From IMG/VR virus record IMGVR_UViG_3300011008_000078: a DNA stretch of 54,692 nt. One strand, given 5' to 3'. The notes under the pieces were generated by a model. That model was given only the letters and a program-made list of their open reading frames with translations. It did not search any database and was not told the origin of the DNA. The first letter of the stretch is position 1, and each line of letters opens with the position of its first letter. The translations under genes were made by a program, and so were the position numbers. This document shows, piece by piece, positions 40,952 to 52,505 of the stretch. Origin of the DNA: a virus.

Positions 40952-43900
40952 TTAAATTGCAGTATGAGCTGTTCTTCGTTGTGGGACTCCTCCTTGATGA
41001 TTTGGTGTATATATGTATATGCCACGACTTCTATCTTGATTTTGATGAACTATATTTGTTATGCTATTTGCTGTTGCATGTGATGCATTAGCAAATGTTT
41101 CTGAGGTTTTTCTTAAATGTTGTTGTAAAGCTTTATCTTGTTCTGCTTTTTCTTCAGCAGTTAATTTTGACTGTTCTACACTAGATGGTGGACCAGCCAT
41201 ACCATTACCAGATTCATTATCAGTAATTTTTAATAATGCATCCATCATTTCTTTACTTTCAGTATCAGCAATTTTACCTGACTTTTCTTTATCAGTTATA
41301 GTTTTATTAATATTATCTTTAGTTGAATTTAAAGCATCTGTTTTATTTTTATTTGCACTCATTTTTGAAAGAACACCTTTTAAAGTACTTATTGCTTGAG
41401 AAGCTGCATTAGAAGTATTCATTGCTTGAGTTGCTGTAATTTTTCCGTATCCTTCTACAAAATAAGCATCTGTATCTGGATTATAACTCCCAAACCAGGA
41501 ATCTTTATAATCCTCTCTACCTAGTTTTTGTACTTCTTTAGATGCTTCTAGCCAGCCATCACGTTGTTTTTCTAATTGTTTTATACGATTTTCAACTAAA
41601 TCGACATTCCCATCTTTAATTCCTTGCTCAAGAGAATTCATCCAATTTTTATCTTCTAACATCCAAGGAACTTCAACTCTTCCACTTTGTGTATCTTTTC
41701 CTCTAGCAACAATTGCTTTTAATGATGAGGCATTATGTGTTTTACCATTTTCATCTGTATATTCAATTTGTGCATTAGCATCATTTATAACATCATTTGC
41801 GAGATCAGCATTTAAATTAGATGACTCTTGCATTGCTAATGCTTCTGCTTGTTTTCTTGCAGCTAATCTATCTTCATCACTCATAGCATTAACATTATCT
41901 TTATTTGCCAACCATTTAGAAACATCATCACGTTTATTTTCTGCTAGTTTATATGATCCATCTGCATTTCTTTTAATATTACCCTTTTCATCTCGTTCTA
42001 AGCTATTATATATCATTTTTTGATAATCAGATAATGAATCAACACCAGTTGCATTTGCTTTAGATACAATATCATCATAATCATTAGTTACCCCAGTTTG
42101 TTTATTAATATTTTCTATATTTTGTTGTTTTTCTACTGCACGTTTTTCTCTAGCTTCATCAGATTCTTTTTTGACTTTTGCATCATGTTCTGCTTGTTCT
42201 TTTGCCAAATTTCTATCCGAAGTAATACCGTAATTTATCAGTAATTGCTAGGGCGGCTGCCGTACCGAGGACTTAACCAAGGATTTCTCATTAATTCTTG
42301 CATTTTATCACCAGTTGCAAAATTATGTATAGTTTTTGCTTCTACTAAACCTAATGTTAATCCAGAAAGTACACTTGCACCAGAAGCTGCTATTTTATCT
42401 GAAGTTGTTAACTGTTCTTTAGGTTTACCAACTATCTGATCTGCATTTGTCCATCCTTTATAAGCATCATATCCAGCCATAGCAACGGTAGCAATTTGTC
42501 CAACCACTGGTATAGCCCTTGCACCAAGTCTAGCTCCTATTCTACCACCAAGTTTAGCACCAAGTCTAGTTCCTACTCTTCCTATACCTCTTCTGAGAAT
42601 TGAACCACCAGGAACCTTCTTTAAAACTTTTGGTAAAACTCTTTTACCTACTTCTTTTCCAACTTTAGTTTTAACTTTTTCACCAATCGTATCCATTAAA
42701 AAATCTTTAAGTGGATCACTTCCAGCAACAGTAGCAGTCATTGCACCAACAGTTCCGCCGCCGCTTTAATAATGCTTCAAGTAATTCTTTATGTTGTTTT
42801 TGATTTTGATCTAATAAATCAAGATTATCTTTAGATCCACCTTGTAAAATATTTGATAATTCTTCTGATTCTAATGTATCTTTATATAATTGTTCTCTTT
42901 CTTTTTCTGATTTTAAATAGTTAAAATGATTTGATAAAATATCTTTTATATTATTTAATGTTGATGCCATTGATAATATTGCTAACAATTCTTGTTTTTG
43001 AATTGATACTTGATTCATATCTGGAATATTTAATCCTACAATATTTGGAACATCAGATACCATAGATTGTTGAGTACCATTAATAGAAAATACAGCATTA
43101 TCCAATCTAGCTGCTTTATTTCCTATTATACTTAATCCTGCCATAGCTTGTGGATATTTTTGTTGTTGAACTGTAAGACTTGGAGTAGAATCAACTAAAG
43201 ATTTTTGAGTATATGTAATAGATTGTGATTGTGGAATAGATTCTGTTATTGGTGATAATTGTTGTGTATTTGTTGATAATGAATCATGTGGTACACTTAT
43301 AGATAATGACTTTTCAGCTGATTTAGCCGTTAAATTAGCATTATCTACATATTCTTTTAACTGATTATGTAATGTATTAAAATTTTTAATAAACTCTGTT
43401 ATTTGTTGTTGAGAAACTTCACTAGATTTAGTAGATGGCTCTATTAAGGTTTCAGTTATTGTTTTAACATTTTCATTTTCTTTTTTATTTCCACGAATAG
43501 AACTTAATATTGTTTTTCCAAAAGTATCAGTTTTTAAATAGTTTGTTAAACTACTAAAAAAATTTTCATAAGTTGGTGTAGAAATAACAGTAGAGCTATT
43601 GGTAATTGTTGAAACCGTTGGTGAAGATGAACTTGTATTAGTTTTATCTTGAATTGATTGGTATATATTTGTTATACTTTCATTAATATTAGAAATTGTA
43701 TCTTTAGCAACATTTGTAATAGTTTCAGTAAAATCTTTTATTGATTTATCAGCAATTTCTTGTAATGTAGCTTGATCTATTTTAAAATGATCATATATTT
43801 CTGATAAATTTTTAGCAAGTATATTATCACTTTCAGATGATGCCTGTTTATTTTTTATAAAGTCATTTAGTGTTTGTAATAATTCTGTATTAGCTTTTAA

Positions 43901-44506
43901 TACTGTTGTTATAGATGAATTATTAATATCAATTGAAGTAGTATTTGGTAATGTTGTTGAAGATGATTCAGCCAAATTAGATACATTGGTTAATGCATTC
44001 TTAATACTCTGTATATTATTTTTAATTGAATTAAGTAAAGTATTATCTCCAAATTTATCAAAAAATTTAGTTAAATTATCTTCACTTATTTTAAAATTAA
44101 TTGGATCTTTAACAGATACCTTGAGTGTAAAATCTTTACCATCTACTATTTTTTTTATATTAGTATCTATATTTGTAATCGCAGTAATTATTTTGTTATT
44201 ATTAAGAATAGAATTTTGTGATTCTTTATTATCTATTAGTTTTTTTAAAAACTTATTAAGATTTTCTATAGCTGTAGTTAATTTAGAAAATATAGTATTT
44301 TGTGTTTTTTCTTTTTTAGTTTTTGTTTTATCTTCTAATTTTTTATTCTGTTCTTGTAAAGCAATTTGTTTTTTTATTTCATTATTTTTATCTGTATTTG
44401 TTGATTTACCATCATATGATCCACCTGTAGTAATAGATCCTGCTGATTTTAATCCAGGAGTACTTGGTGTAGTTTTTGGTAATGAAGATGTCTTTTTATC
44501 TGCCAT
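40952..44506 (-). CDS. Very large tail/virion protein reconstructed by three CGG +1 shifts
   Basis: ELLEALLK(CGG)GGGTVGAMTATVAGSDPLKDFLMD...NPWLSP(CGG)GTAAALAITDKL(CGG)GITSDRNLAKEQAEHDAKVKK... Confidence 0.82.
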
Positions 44507-44563
44507 ATTATGTTAATTAAATAAAAATAGTTATAATATTCATATTATAACTATTTATTTATT

Positions 44564-44756
44564 ATTTTATATTTTTCTTAGCTTCTTGAATATCTTTTTC
44601 AAGATTCCAGAGCATTTGTGTATACATTTTAAAATCAAAATATGATAATTTATTAATTTCAGTTAAAGTAAACAAATGTCTATAAAGTAATTCTACTTCA
44701 TTTGTAATTATACTTTGATAAATTGATTGATTTTGTTTACCGATTAACTCCTAAAA
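44564..44756 (-). CDS. Small baseplate-operon protein with unclear start
   Basis: Open frame ELIGKQNQSIYQSIITNEVELLYRHLFTLTEINKLSYFDFKMYTQMLWNLEKDIQEAKKNIK* just downstream of 44751..45656, preceded by TAGGAG, no ATG nearby. Confidence 0.4.
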
Positions 44757-45656
44757 TGTAAAAAAACTATCAAGACTAAATGCCCCTCCATATACGGCTC
44801 CACATTTTGGACAAGTAACAATCATATTATTAACTCTATCATATAAACGTTCTTCAGGAAAATGTTGAACAACATAACTATAAACAGTCATATCATTTTC
44901 AGTTTTCTTATTTTTACGCATACTATTAATAGTTAATGCTGGAGGTAATTTATTCCAAAATGATAATTTATCTGGAATTGCTAATTCTGGCCAATCTTCA
45001 ATTATTTCATCATTTAACCAAATATTTTTAACATAAAGAATTGGTTTTACAAATTTAGATTCAAATGTAACTTCTGGTGATTCTTTATCAATTTCTTCAA
45101 GTTTTTGCATAAAGTATCTAAAATATAAATAATCACTCATAGTAAAATTAGTTAATTCAAACTTATATATATTACCAGTTAAATCATCAATTCTTTCTAT
45201 AATATCAGTTTGACGTTTAAATTCATAAATTAAATCATCAAATTCTTCATCTAATTTTACGATATGTTCAAATTCAGTTCCACAATTATTTTTATGGCAA
45301 GTAAAAGTATATGTTATATCATTATCTAACATTCTACGAATACCAATTAAAAATGATAAATAATCAATTTGAGTAATTGTACTTGCAGATATAGCAGGAT
45401 ATAAAATTGAACCATCTTCATTTTTAACTGCAGTATCAGATAAATCTTCAGTACAAAGTTTATCAAATAAACCTAATTTTAAACCTTCTACATTAAGATC
45501 AAAATCATCAATAAAATTCATACGTGTTAATGTTTTTGCATCGGCAGTAGTTAATGGATGAAATAAAACTTCTCTTCCTAAAGAAGGAATATAAATCTGA
45601 TCTAAATGTTGACCAGTTGGTTGAGCTAAAATCTTTTCAGCATCCTTTAATTTCAT
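44751..45656 (-). CDS. T4 gp26-like baseplate hub subunit (tentative)
   Basis: Position in baseplate cluster, Cys pairs FTCHKNNCG and VTCPKCGAVYGG. Confidence 0.45.
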   Translation of the reverse strand: MKLKDAEKILAQPTGQHLDQIYIPSLGREVLFHPLTTADAKTLTRMNFIDDFDLNVEGLKLGLFDKLCTEDLSDTAVKNEDGSILYPAISASTITQIDYLSFLIGIRRMLDNDITYTFTCHKNNCGTEFEHIVKLDEEFDDLIYEFKRQTDIIERIDDLTGNIYKFELTNFTMSDYLYFRYFMQKLEEIDKESPEVTFESKFVKPILYVKNIWLNDEIIEDWPELAIPDKLSFWNKLPPALTINSMRKNKKTENDMTVYSYVVQHFPEERLYDRVNNMIVTCPKCGAVYGGAFSLDSFFTF

Positions 45657-45761
45657 AAAAATTTACCTCAAGTTTTTTTATATTTAAAATAATTATTTTT
45701 GTATAGATTTATTTTACTATTAAATAAATAATAATATATATTTAGTAATACTATTTATTAT

Positions 45762-48700
45762 TTGGTTATGTCTGATACAAAATATAAACGTTTAAAATTA
45801 GATAAATTTGTTGCTGGTAAAGAGCAACGAATTTTTAAAACTACTACAATTAGAAAAAAAACTAATAGTACACAAAAAGATGTATTTTATGGTGAATATT
45901 CAACTAATAAATTATTTGACATAAAATTAAATGAAAAACAATTATTATTATCAGGTGATTTAATTAATTTTCATGATATAAATTGTGATTATATTATGAA
46001 TCGTCCAGATAAATCAACTGTATTAAATTTTAATCGGAAGTGCTAGTCCATGGTTTCCAAATGATGCATTATTAGCACAAGATAATTTAGAAAAAAATAA
46101 AGATGAACGAATTACATATTTTCCAGAATATATTGATACTCCGATAGATATTGCATATAGTAGAAATAATGCTTATATGTTATTACCTATAAATACTGAA
46201 CGTTTTACAAACATTGTTCAATCAGATATAATGTTAACATATAAAAATGCAAAAATATCTGCAAAATATAAACCAAATTATAATAAATTATTTAATACTG
46301 AATTATCAAGACCAATAAATTATGCTGAAGATAATTCAATACCAATATATGATTTAAATTTTACATTTTTACAATCTATTAATTTATCATCATATGATAA
46401 TGTTATTGACTTTTTATCTAAACATAATTTATTAGATTTTAAAGATAAAAATGGTAATTTAATAAGTTCTCAAATAGTATTAAATAGTGAAAATCCATCT
46501 GTATCTATTAAAAATAATACATCAGTTGATAGTATAAAATTACCAACATTAATATCTACATTAATTGAATATGAATATTTAATAGGTAAAGATAATATTA
46601 AAACAATATTGCAGGATTTAATTTCAAAAATAGATATATTCTCATCTATTAGATTTTTATCTCCAATTGGACATATTACAGAATTAAATAAAGAAGTTAT
46701 TAATGGGTTTAATTCTAGTATATTATCTACAGATTTTATAAAAGAAAATATTAGAGATATTGAAGAATGTTTTGAAGAAAAAACAGATTATATAGTAACA
46801 CCACAAATATTACCTCAAAATACAGTATTAAATGGTGATTTACGTCATCCATTATATATAGATAAATCTATTCCAAGTGGTCATTTTTATACAAAACGAT
46901 CAATTCCTTCATCATATTATAATATAGCATATATGAAAAATAATAGAACACCACATTATAATATTAATTATGAAATTAATGAAAATGATATTCCTTCTGC
47001 TTTTGATTATATTATAGATGAAAATTTTAATGTAGAATCTACTATATTAAATGATAAAAATAAACAATATAATGATTTATTTGATATAGATATCACTCAT
47101 AGTATTAATGCTCATCCATATCCAATTTCTAGTTCAATTTATAATACTAAAGATAAAAAAGATAATCTTCCATTAAATAAAGGATTAACTATCAATATAC
47201 TTAATTATGCAGTTAGTTCAGATCTTCAATTAGCTAATGAAAATGCTGATACATATGCAAATATGTACCCAGGAAGAATGATTACTAAAGTAAATGATTA
47301 TTTAGAACCATATAAAAATTATCATGTTGCTAATAATAAATTATATAATATTGGACAATTAAATGGTATAAGAAGTTATGTTCACATTGGAACACTTCAA
47401 GATAGTGATAAATTGTGGTTTTCATATAAATACAAAACAGTTTCAGATCAACATTTTATAGATAGTTTTGATGAAAGTTATAACATAGAATTTGAAACTG
47501 TAGAGTTAAATAGAGAAAAAAATCATTGGATATATGATATTTATGGTAGACCAATTATTAATAACAAAATGAAAATAAAAGATCAAGTATGTCCATGGTC
47601 TACATTAGATGAAAAATTACAAAAATCTAATAATAAAAGTTTTATACAAAAATTAATAGGTTGCTCTTGTGAATTAAATGAAACTTGTAGTGGATTTTGT
47701 ACATTTCCAGCTAATAATTTATTAAATATACCTTCTGGTATAATATGGGATGATGGTATAAAAAGTCAATTTCATATAATTTCATCAGGTATTATAGATA
47801 ATATAGATAGAGAATTATTTGTTGAAGAAAATATAACGGTTAATGATGATCTAGAAATATATTTTATTTCTGGTAATAATAACACTGAATTAAATAAAAT
47901 ACTTGATGATATAATAGCTGCAGATAAATCAATTACTACAATAGATAATGTTTATAAATCAATATTTCAAGGATTTGGAAATTATATACAAAATCCAAAT
48001 AATATAATTTTAAGTTATTTAGCAATTAATAATACTGATGAAAACCAACAAATATCTGGATATACTATCCCAACACATTGTCCATTTAATACTGCCCATA
48101 TAATCCCTGCTGGAACAAAATTAGTTGGGTTAAATTGGATGACCAAAGAAATAATAGATTATTTACCTGCCAATTATATTGCAGTATTTAGAGTAAGAAG
48201 TTGGTGGTCAGATATTGTACAATGTAAAGGAAAAATTAAAGTTAAAGTTAAATCTAATGGAATGAATATTGATGATATGTTAAATGTTGTTTCTAATTAT
48301 GATTATGTTGAACGTAATTATGGATTCTTTAAATATCAACAAGAAAATATGCATAAATCAAATGTTTATTCAGTTAAAATTACTAATAGTGGATTAAATC
48401 CTGAAAATAATTTAAAATTAAAATATATAAAAGATAAAAAAACACTTATTAAGTTATTAACTGATAATATTAAAGCTAATTTATATAAAGAATTAATATT
48501 AGTAAATAGAGCAAATGGAGAACATCCATTGTATGATTTATATTATGATTCTACAAATAATTGTTTTTATTCATTATTAATGGATCCAAATTTATTATTA
48601 TCTAATAAAGATATTCCAGAAGAAGTTACAAAATTACCAAATAATTTAGAAAAAGATAAAATTTATCATGTAAAGAATGATAATACAGATATATATTATA

Positions 48701-49059
48701 AATGTATAATACATAATGAAGTATTAGTTGCATTTCCAATTAATTATTATTATTATAATTCTAATTATAATTATAATCCATATGATTATAAAAACTTACC
48801 TACTACTCCATTACCTACAAGATATTTGGATAAAATTTCATTAGAGGAAGTAGCGGAAAAGGTGCATATAAAAATTGTTTATGATAATTTTGGTAAGTTT
48901 GCATATGCATATGATATAAATGAATATGAACGAATTATAAAAATAAATAAAATTAGAAATGATATGCGTGAAATGTTAGAAAACGCAATTAAAACTTCTG
49001 TAGTTAAATATATGCCAGTGGAAACAACACTATGGAAAATTATATATTCTGGTAAATAA
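45762..49059 (+). CDS. Large putative baseplate/virion protein reconstructed by one CGG +1 shift
   Basis: 45762..46046 ends TVLNFN(CGG); +1 gives GSASPWFPNDALLAQDNLEKNKDERITYFPEYIDTPIDIAYSRNNAYMLLPINTERF into 46177..49059. Confidence 0.8.
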
Positions 49060-49077
49060 AAAGGAATTTTAAATATT

Positions 49078-49578
49078 ATGAAACAATATATAAAAAATGG
49101 TAAAATATATAATGAACCTATATGTATAAAACATAACAATGGAACTATTACATATACTAATGATGAATCTATTATTTTAAAAAATGGATATAAAAAATAT
49201 GAAGTTGTAATTCCAGAACCAACAATGGAAGAGGTAATAACTCAATCTATTATTAATATTAATAAAGAAACTGATGAAAAAATTTTAAATAAATTTACAT
49301 TTAGAAATGAAGAATTTTATCTTACTTCAGAAAATCAAATGAATTTTGCTAATATGTATATTGCTAAAGAATATTTAACATATCCACAACAAATTAAAAC
49401 AAAAACTGGATTTATAGAATTACAATCAGCTGAAGAAATTACTGAGTTTTATTTAAGTGGTATTAGTTTTGTTAAAGCTTGTTTAGAAGAAGGTTGAATC
49501 AAAAAAGCTCAAGCTGAAGAACAAATACGTAATGATTATTCAAAGTTAGAAACTGAAACTGAATTAGAAAATCAATGA
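49078..49578 (+). CDS. Hypothetical virion-region protein with in-frame TGA at 49495..49497
   Basis: Same frame continues IKKAQAEEQIRNDYSKLETETELENQ and stops at a TGA overlapping the next gene's ATG (ATGA). Confidence 0.5.
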
Positions 49579-50030
49579 GATATGGTTTAAAACAAGGTAC
49601 ATATACACCTATCAATAAATTAAAATATGTTGGAATAGCATTACCTAAATATAGATCAGGTTGGGAAGTAAAAGCATTTATTGCATTAGATAAAAATCCA
49701 AAAATAATTAGATGGGGTAGTGAAAGTATTGTTATTCCATATATAGATACTACAAGACGGTGGAGAAATTCATAGATATGTAACAGATTTATTCTTCGTT
49801 ACTTTAGATAAAACAGGCAAAGAACATAAATGGTTAGTTGAAATTAAACCATATAATCAATCAGTATTACCTAAAGCCACCAAAAGGAAAGATCCAATGA
49901 AACTATTAAATGAAACATTAATAGTTAAAAGAAATTTAGATAAATGGAATGCTGCTGTTAAATTTTGTAAAAATAGACGGATGGTCTTTTGCTATTTGGA
50001 CTGAAAAACGGAATTAATCAAATGTGTTAA
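49575..50030 (+). CDS. Head-completion nuclease-like protein (T4 gp4/TnsA-like) reconstructed by three CGG +1 shifts
   Basis: PKYRSGWEVKAFIALDKNPKIIRWGSESIVIPYIDTTR(CGG)GGEIHRYVTDLFFVTLDKTGKEHKWLVEIKPYNQSVLPK...AAVKFCKNR(CGG)GWSFAIWTEK(CGG)GINQMC*. Confidence 0.85.
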
Positions 50031-50040
50031 TTAATTCCGT
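50010..50040. terminator. Bidirectional terminator-like hairpin between convergent genes
   Basis: ACGGAATTAAT ... ATTAATTCCGT perfect 11-bp stem. Confidence 0.65.
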
Positions 50041-50675
50041 GTATTTACATTTTCAATAGTTTGAGCATAATATTCAAAAATATCACATTCAATCTTTTTA
50101 TATTCAGAATTATTTGGATCTTCATATTTTATATCTTCTTTTTGAATTGGAACTTGTTTCCACCCAATAATTACTGAATACGGCATTCTTTGAATAGTAT
50201 AAGATAATCCAATACGTCTTGATACTGATCTATATCTTGTTTCATATTCAGGTCTATCTTCTATTGTAGTATAATATTTAATATACTTATAAAATTGCTT
50301 ATCTTTATTTACTTTATACCATTCATAGAATTTATTAAAATCTTTTCCATGTTTATTATAATATTCAAATTTTAATTTATATAAAGAATAATTAGGATCA
50401 GTTGGAGTTACAACCTTTGCTAAGTATTTATATCCTTTAAATTGTTCACAAGGTTCAGACCATTTACATGTACAATTTACATCACTTTTCGAAATTATTA
50501 AATTATTACAAGTTGAACATTTTGCAATACAAATAGTCTCAGTTGACAATGGATTTACTTGATAAAATTTTATATAATAAATTGCATAGCCAATTCCAAA
50601 TAAAAACATTAATAAAAATATTGATATTATCGTTATAATAAAATATTGTATTACATAATATTTATTTGATTTCAT
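50027..50675 (-). CDS. Membrane-anchored hypothetical protein, last codons include an in-frame CGG
   Basis: ORF 50031..50675; N-terminal TM; end AAT ACA CGG AAT TAA or +1 GGA ATT AAT TAA. Confidence 0.6.
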
Positions 50676-50677
50676 TT

Positions 50678-51115
50678 TTAATAGTTTCCTCCATATCCAA
50701 CTTCTGTATTTTGAACAAAAATTGTAAACTCATATTTTTCAGTTGTATCAAAAACCGTTTTTGGATTTTCATATCTATCTTCTAATCTGCTAGTTGGAAG
50801 AAAGGTTATAGTAATATAACATCTAGCGGTTTCTCCAATTTTCCATTCATTGTCTTTATCAAAATCTGATGTAAATTGAATATCAATATTATCAGCATTT
50901 CTCACTTTATTTGTATTACTATATTCAATTTCAAGCTGATTTTTAAACGTATTAATATTTGTAATAACATCTTTAATTGAATTAGAAAGAATTGATTTTA
51001 CTGCTGCTCTTCTACAAATAAACTTATCATCTCTAATAATATTCTGAATTATAGTTTGAACATACATATTAAACCTCCTTATTAATTGTTTATTTATCTT
51101 TATTTTTGTACACAA
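50678..51115 (-). CDS. Hypothetical protein
   Basis: 145 aa ORF. Confidence 0.5.
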   Translation of the reverse strand: MCTKIKINKQLIRRFNMYVQTIIQNIIRDDKFICRRAAVKSILSNSIKDVITNINTFKNQLEIEYSNTNKVRNADNIDIQFTSDFDKDNEWKIGETARCYITITFLPTSRLEDRYENPKTVFDTTEKYEFTIFVQNTEVGYGGNY

Positions 51116-51732
51116 TGAATATAATATTCAACCAAATCACAATCAACTTTTTTCCAACCATCAATTTCAATTAATTCATTTTGATCTTCTGAATATTTAA
51201 ATTGATAATCAATTATAGTATAAGTATGTGATTCAACCTTTCTAAATGATGAGTATGTATATGGAACTAATGCTCTTCCACAATTTCTTAATCCATCATC
51301 TGTGTCTTCTTTAATCTCAAACCAAGTTTCATTTCTTTCATAAGCCTTTGCTAACTTATAAAATTTTTTATCTTTATTTTTTTGATACCATTCATAAAAT
51401 GATTTAAATTGTTCATTTGTTGATCTTTTAACATATGAAAGATACAACAACTTTATTTTATAAACTTCATAATCTTTATCATTAGTTTTAATAACATAAT
51501 AATGGTTATGATTAATATTTTCACAATCAACACTTGCTTTATAATATTGATTTTTATCTGAATCTGAATTTATCACTATAATATTATCACAAAACAAACA
51601 AGGATAAATAATAGTTGACTTAAATGGATCTAATTTTTGTTTACAAAAATAAAAGTTTATGCAAAAATAAACAAAAAGCAATACTATAATAATAGTTACA
51701 ATTAATAGAAAAACTTCAATAATTTTTTTCAT
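51100..51732 (-). CDS. Membrane-anchored paralog of 50031..50675
   Basis: Shared pattern: N-terminal TM, CxxC, FKxFYEWYQKNKDKxFYK, W-K-x-V-D-C-D. Confidence 0.65.
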   Translation of the reverse strand: MKKIIEVFLLIVTIIIVLLFVYFCINFYFCKQKLDPFKSTIIYPCLFCDNIIVINSDSDKNQYYKASVDCENINHNHYYVIKTNDKDYEVYKIKLLYLSYVKRSTNEQFKSFYEWYQKNKDKKFYKLAKAYERNETWFEIKEDTDDGLRNCGRALVPYTYSSFRKVESHTYTIIDYQFKYSEDQNELIEIDGWKKVDCDLVEYYIHCVQK

Positions 51733-51747
51733 AATTAATAATACTTT

Positions 51748-51990
51748 TTAATTTTCAACAATAATGTCAAATCCAACCTGACCATCTTCATCCTCAACAT
51801 CAACATTAATAGACTTAACATACATATTAAGAATATCTATATTAATTGGATTTGTCTTAATATAATTAGAGTAATCTGCCCAAAGAATTTTTTTACCATC
51901 AGTAATATTAATGTAAAACATCAAGTCATTAGAATTCTTCTTATTGAAATTTATAGTTTTAATGAAATTTCCAACAGTCATTTTATTCAT
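51748..51990 (-). CDS. Hypothetical protein
   Basis: 80 aa ORF. Confidence 0.45.
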   Translation of the reverse strand: MNKMTVGNFIKTINFNKKNSNDLMFYINITDGKKILWADYSNYIKTNPINIDILNMYVKSINVDVEDEDGQVGFDIIVEN

Positions 51991-52062
51991 TTTTTAACCA
52001 CCTTTCATTTTTTTTTGTTTTTGTTGTTATTAAAATATAATAAAAATATCTATGAAATAAAA

Positions 52063-52431
52063 TTATTTCTTTATATAATTTTCAATATCATCAATTTCTT
52101 CATGCAAAGGAATAATCTTTATTCCATACTTTGCTGCCATCTTTGCACAATTTTCACAAGGATGAATCGGAAGAGGATCAATTGCATTACCAACACGCAA
52201 AATATAAATTCGATCAATTCGACGACCAAATTTCTTAATCAATTCCGCTTCAGCATGAAGTCCAGCACCACGACGATGACTCATGCTGAAGCGGTGACCA
52301 TTCATTTGAATACCAAGCAAATTATTTTTCCTACTAAAAGCAACGGCACAAATACGATAAGTAAGATTACGATCGATCTTCAACTTATTTGCCATTCTAG
52401 GAATCAAAGCATGCAAAGCATTAACCGTCAT
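52063..52431 (-). CDS. Cytidine/deoxycytidylate deaminase-like protein
   Basis: LHAEAELIKK and PIHPCENCAKMA zinc-binding motifs. Confidence 0.7.
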   Translation of the reverse strand: MTVNALHALIPRMANKLKIDRNLTYRICAVAFSRKNNLLGIQMNGHRFSMSHRRGAGLHAEAELIKKFGRRIDRIYILRVGNAIDPLPIHPCENCAKMAAKYGIKIIPLHEEIDDIENYIKK

Positions 52432-52457
52432 ATAACAAACTCACTTTCTTTTTTATT

Positions 52458-52505
52458 TATATTATAATATAATAAATATAATAGAAATATTAAAAAAATA
52501 AACTA
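52458..52505. promoter_or_regulatory. Recurrent AT-rich promoter-like element (copy 4)
   Basis: tatattataatataataaatataatagaaatattaaa upstream of minus gene starting 52431. Confidence 0.35.

Noticed and set aside
36779-42741. Interpretation of split structural ORFs as pseudogenes from random indels
   Set aside because: All of these breaks coincide with CGG and have the same +1 direction, with no premature stops in the fused frames; decay would not give this.
36646-45000. Plus-strand ORFs 36646..36942, 39133..39345, 41061..41399, 42245..42439 and 43986..44516
   Set aside because: Antisense to CGG-fused structural genes.
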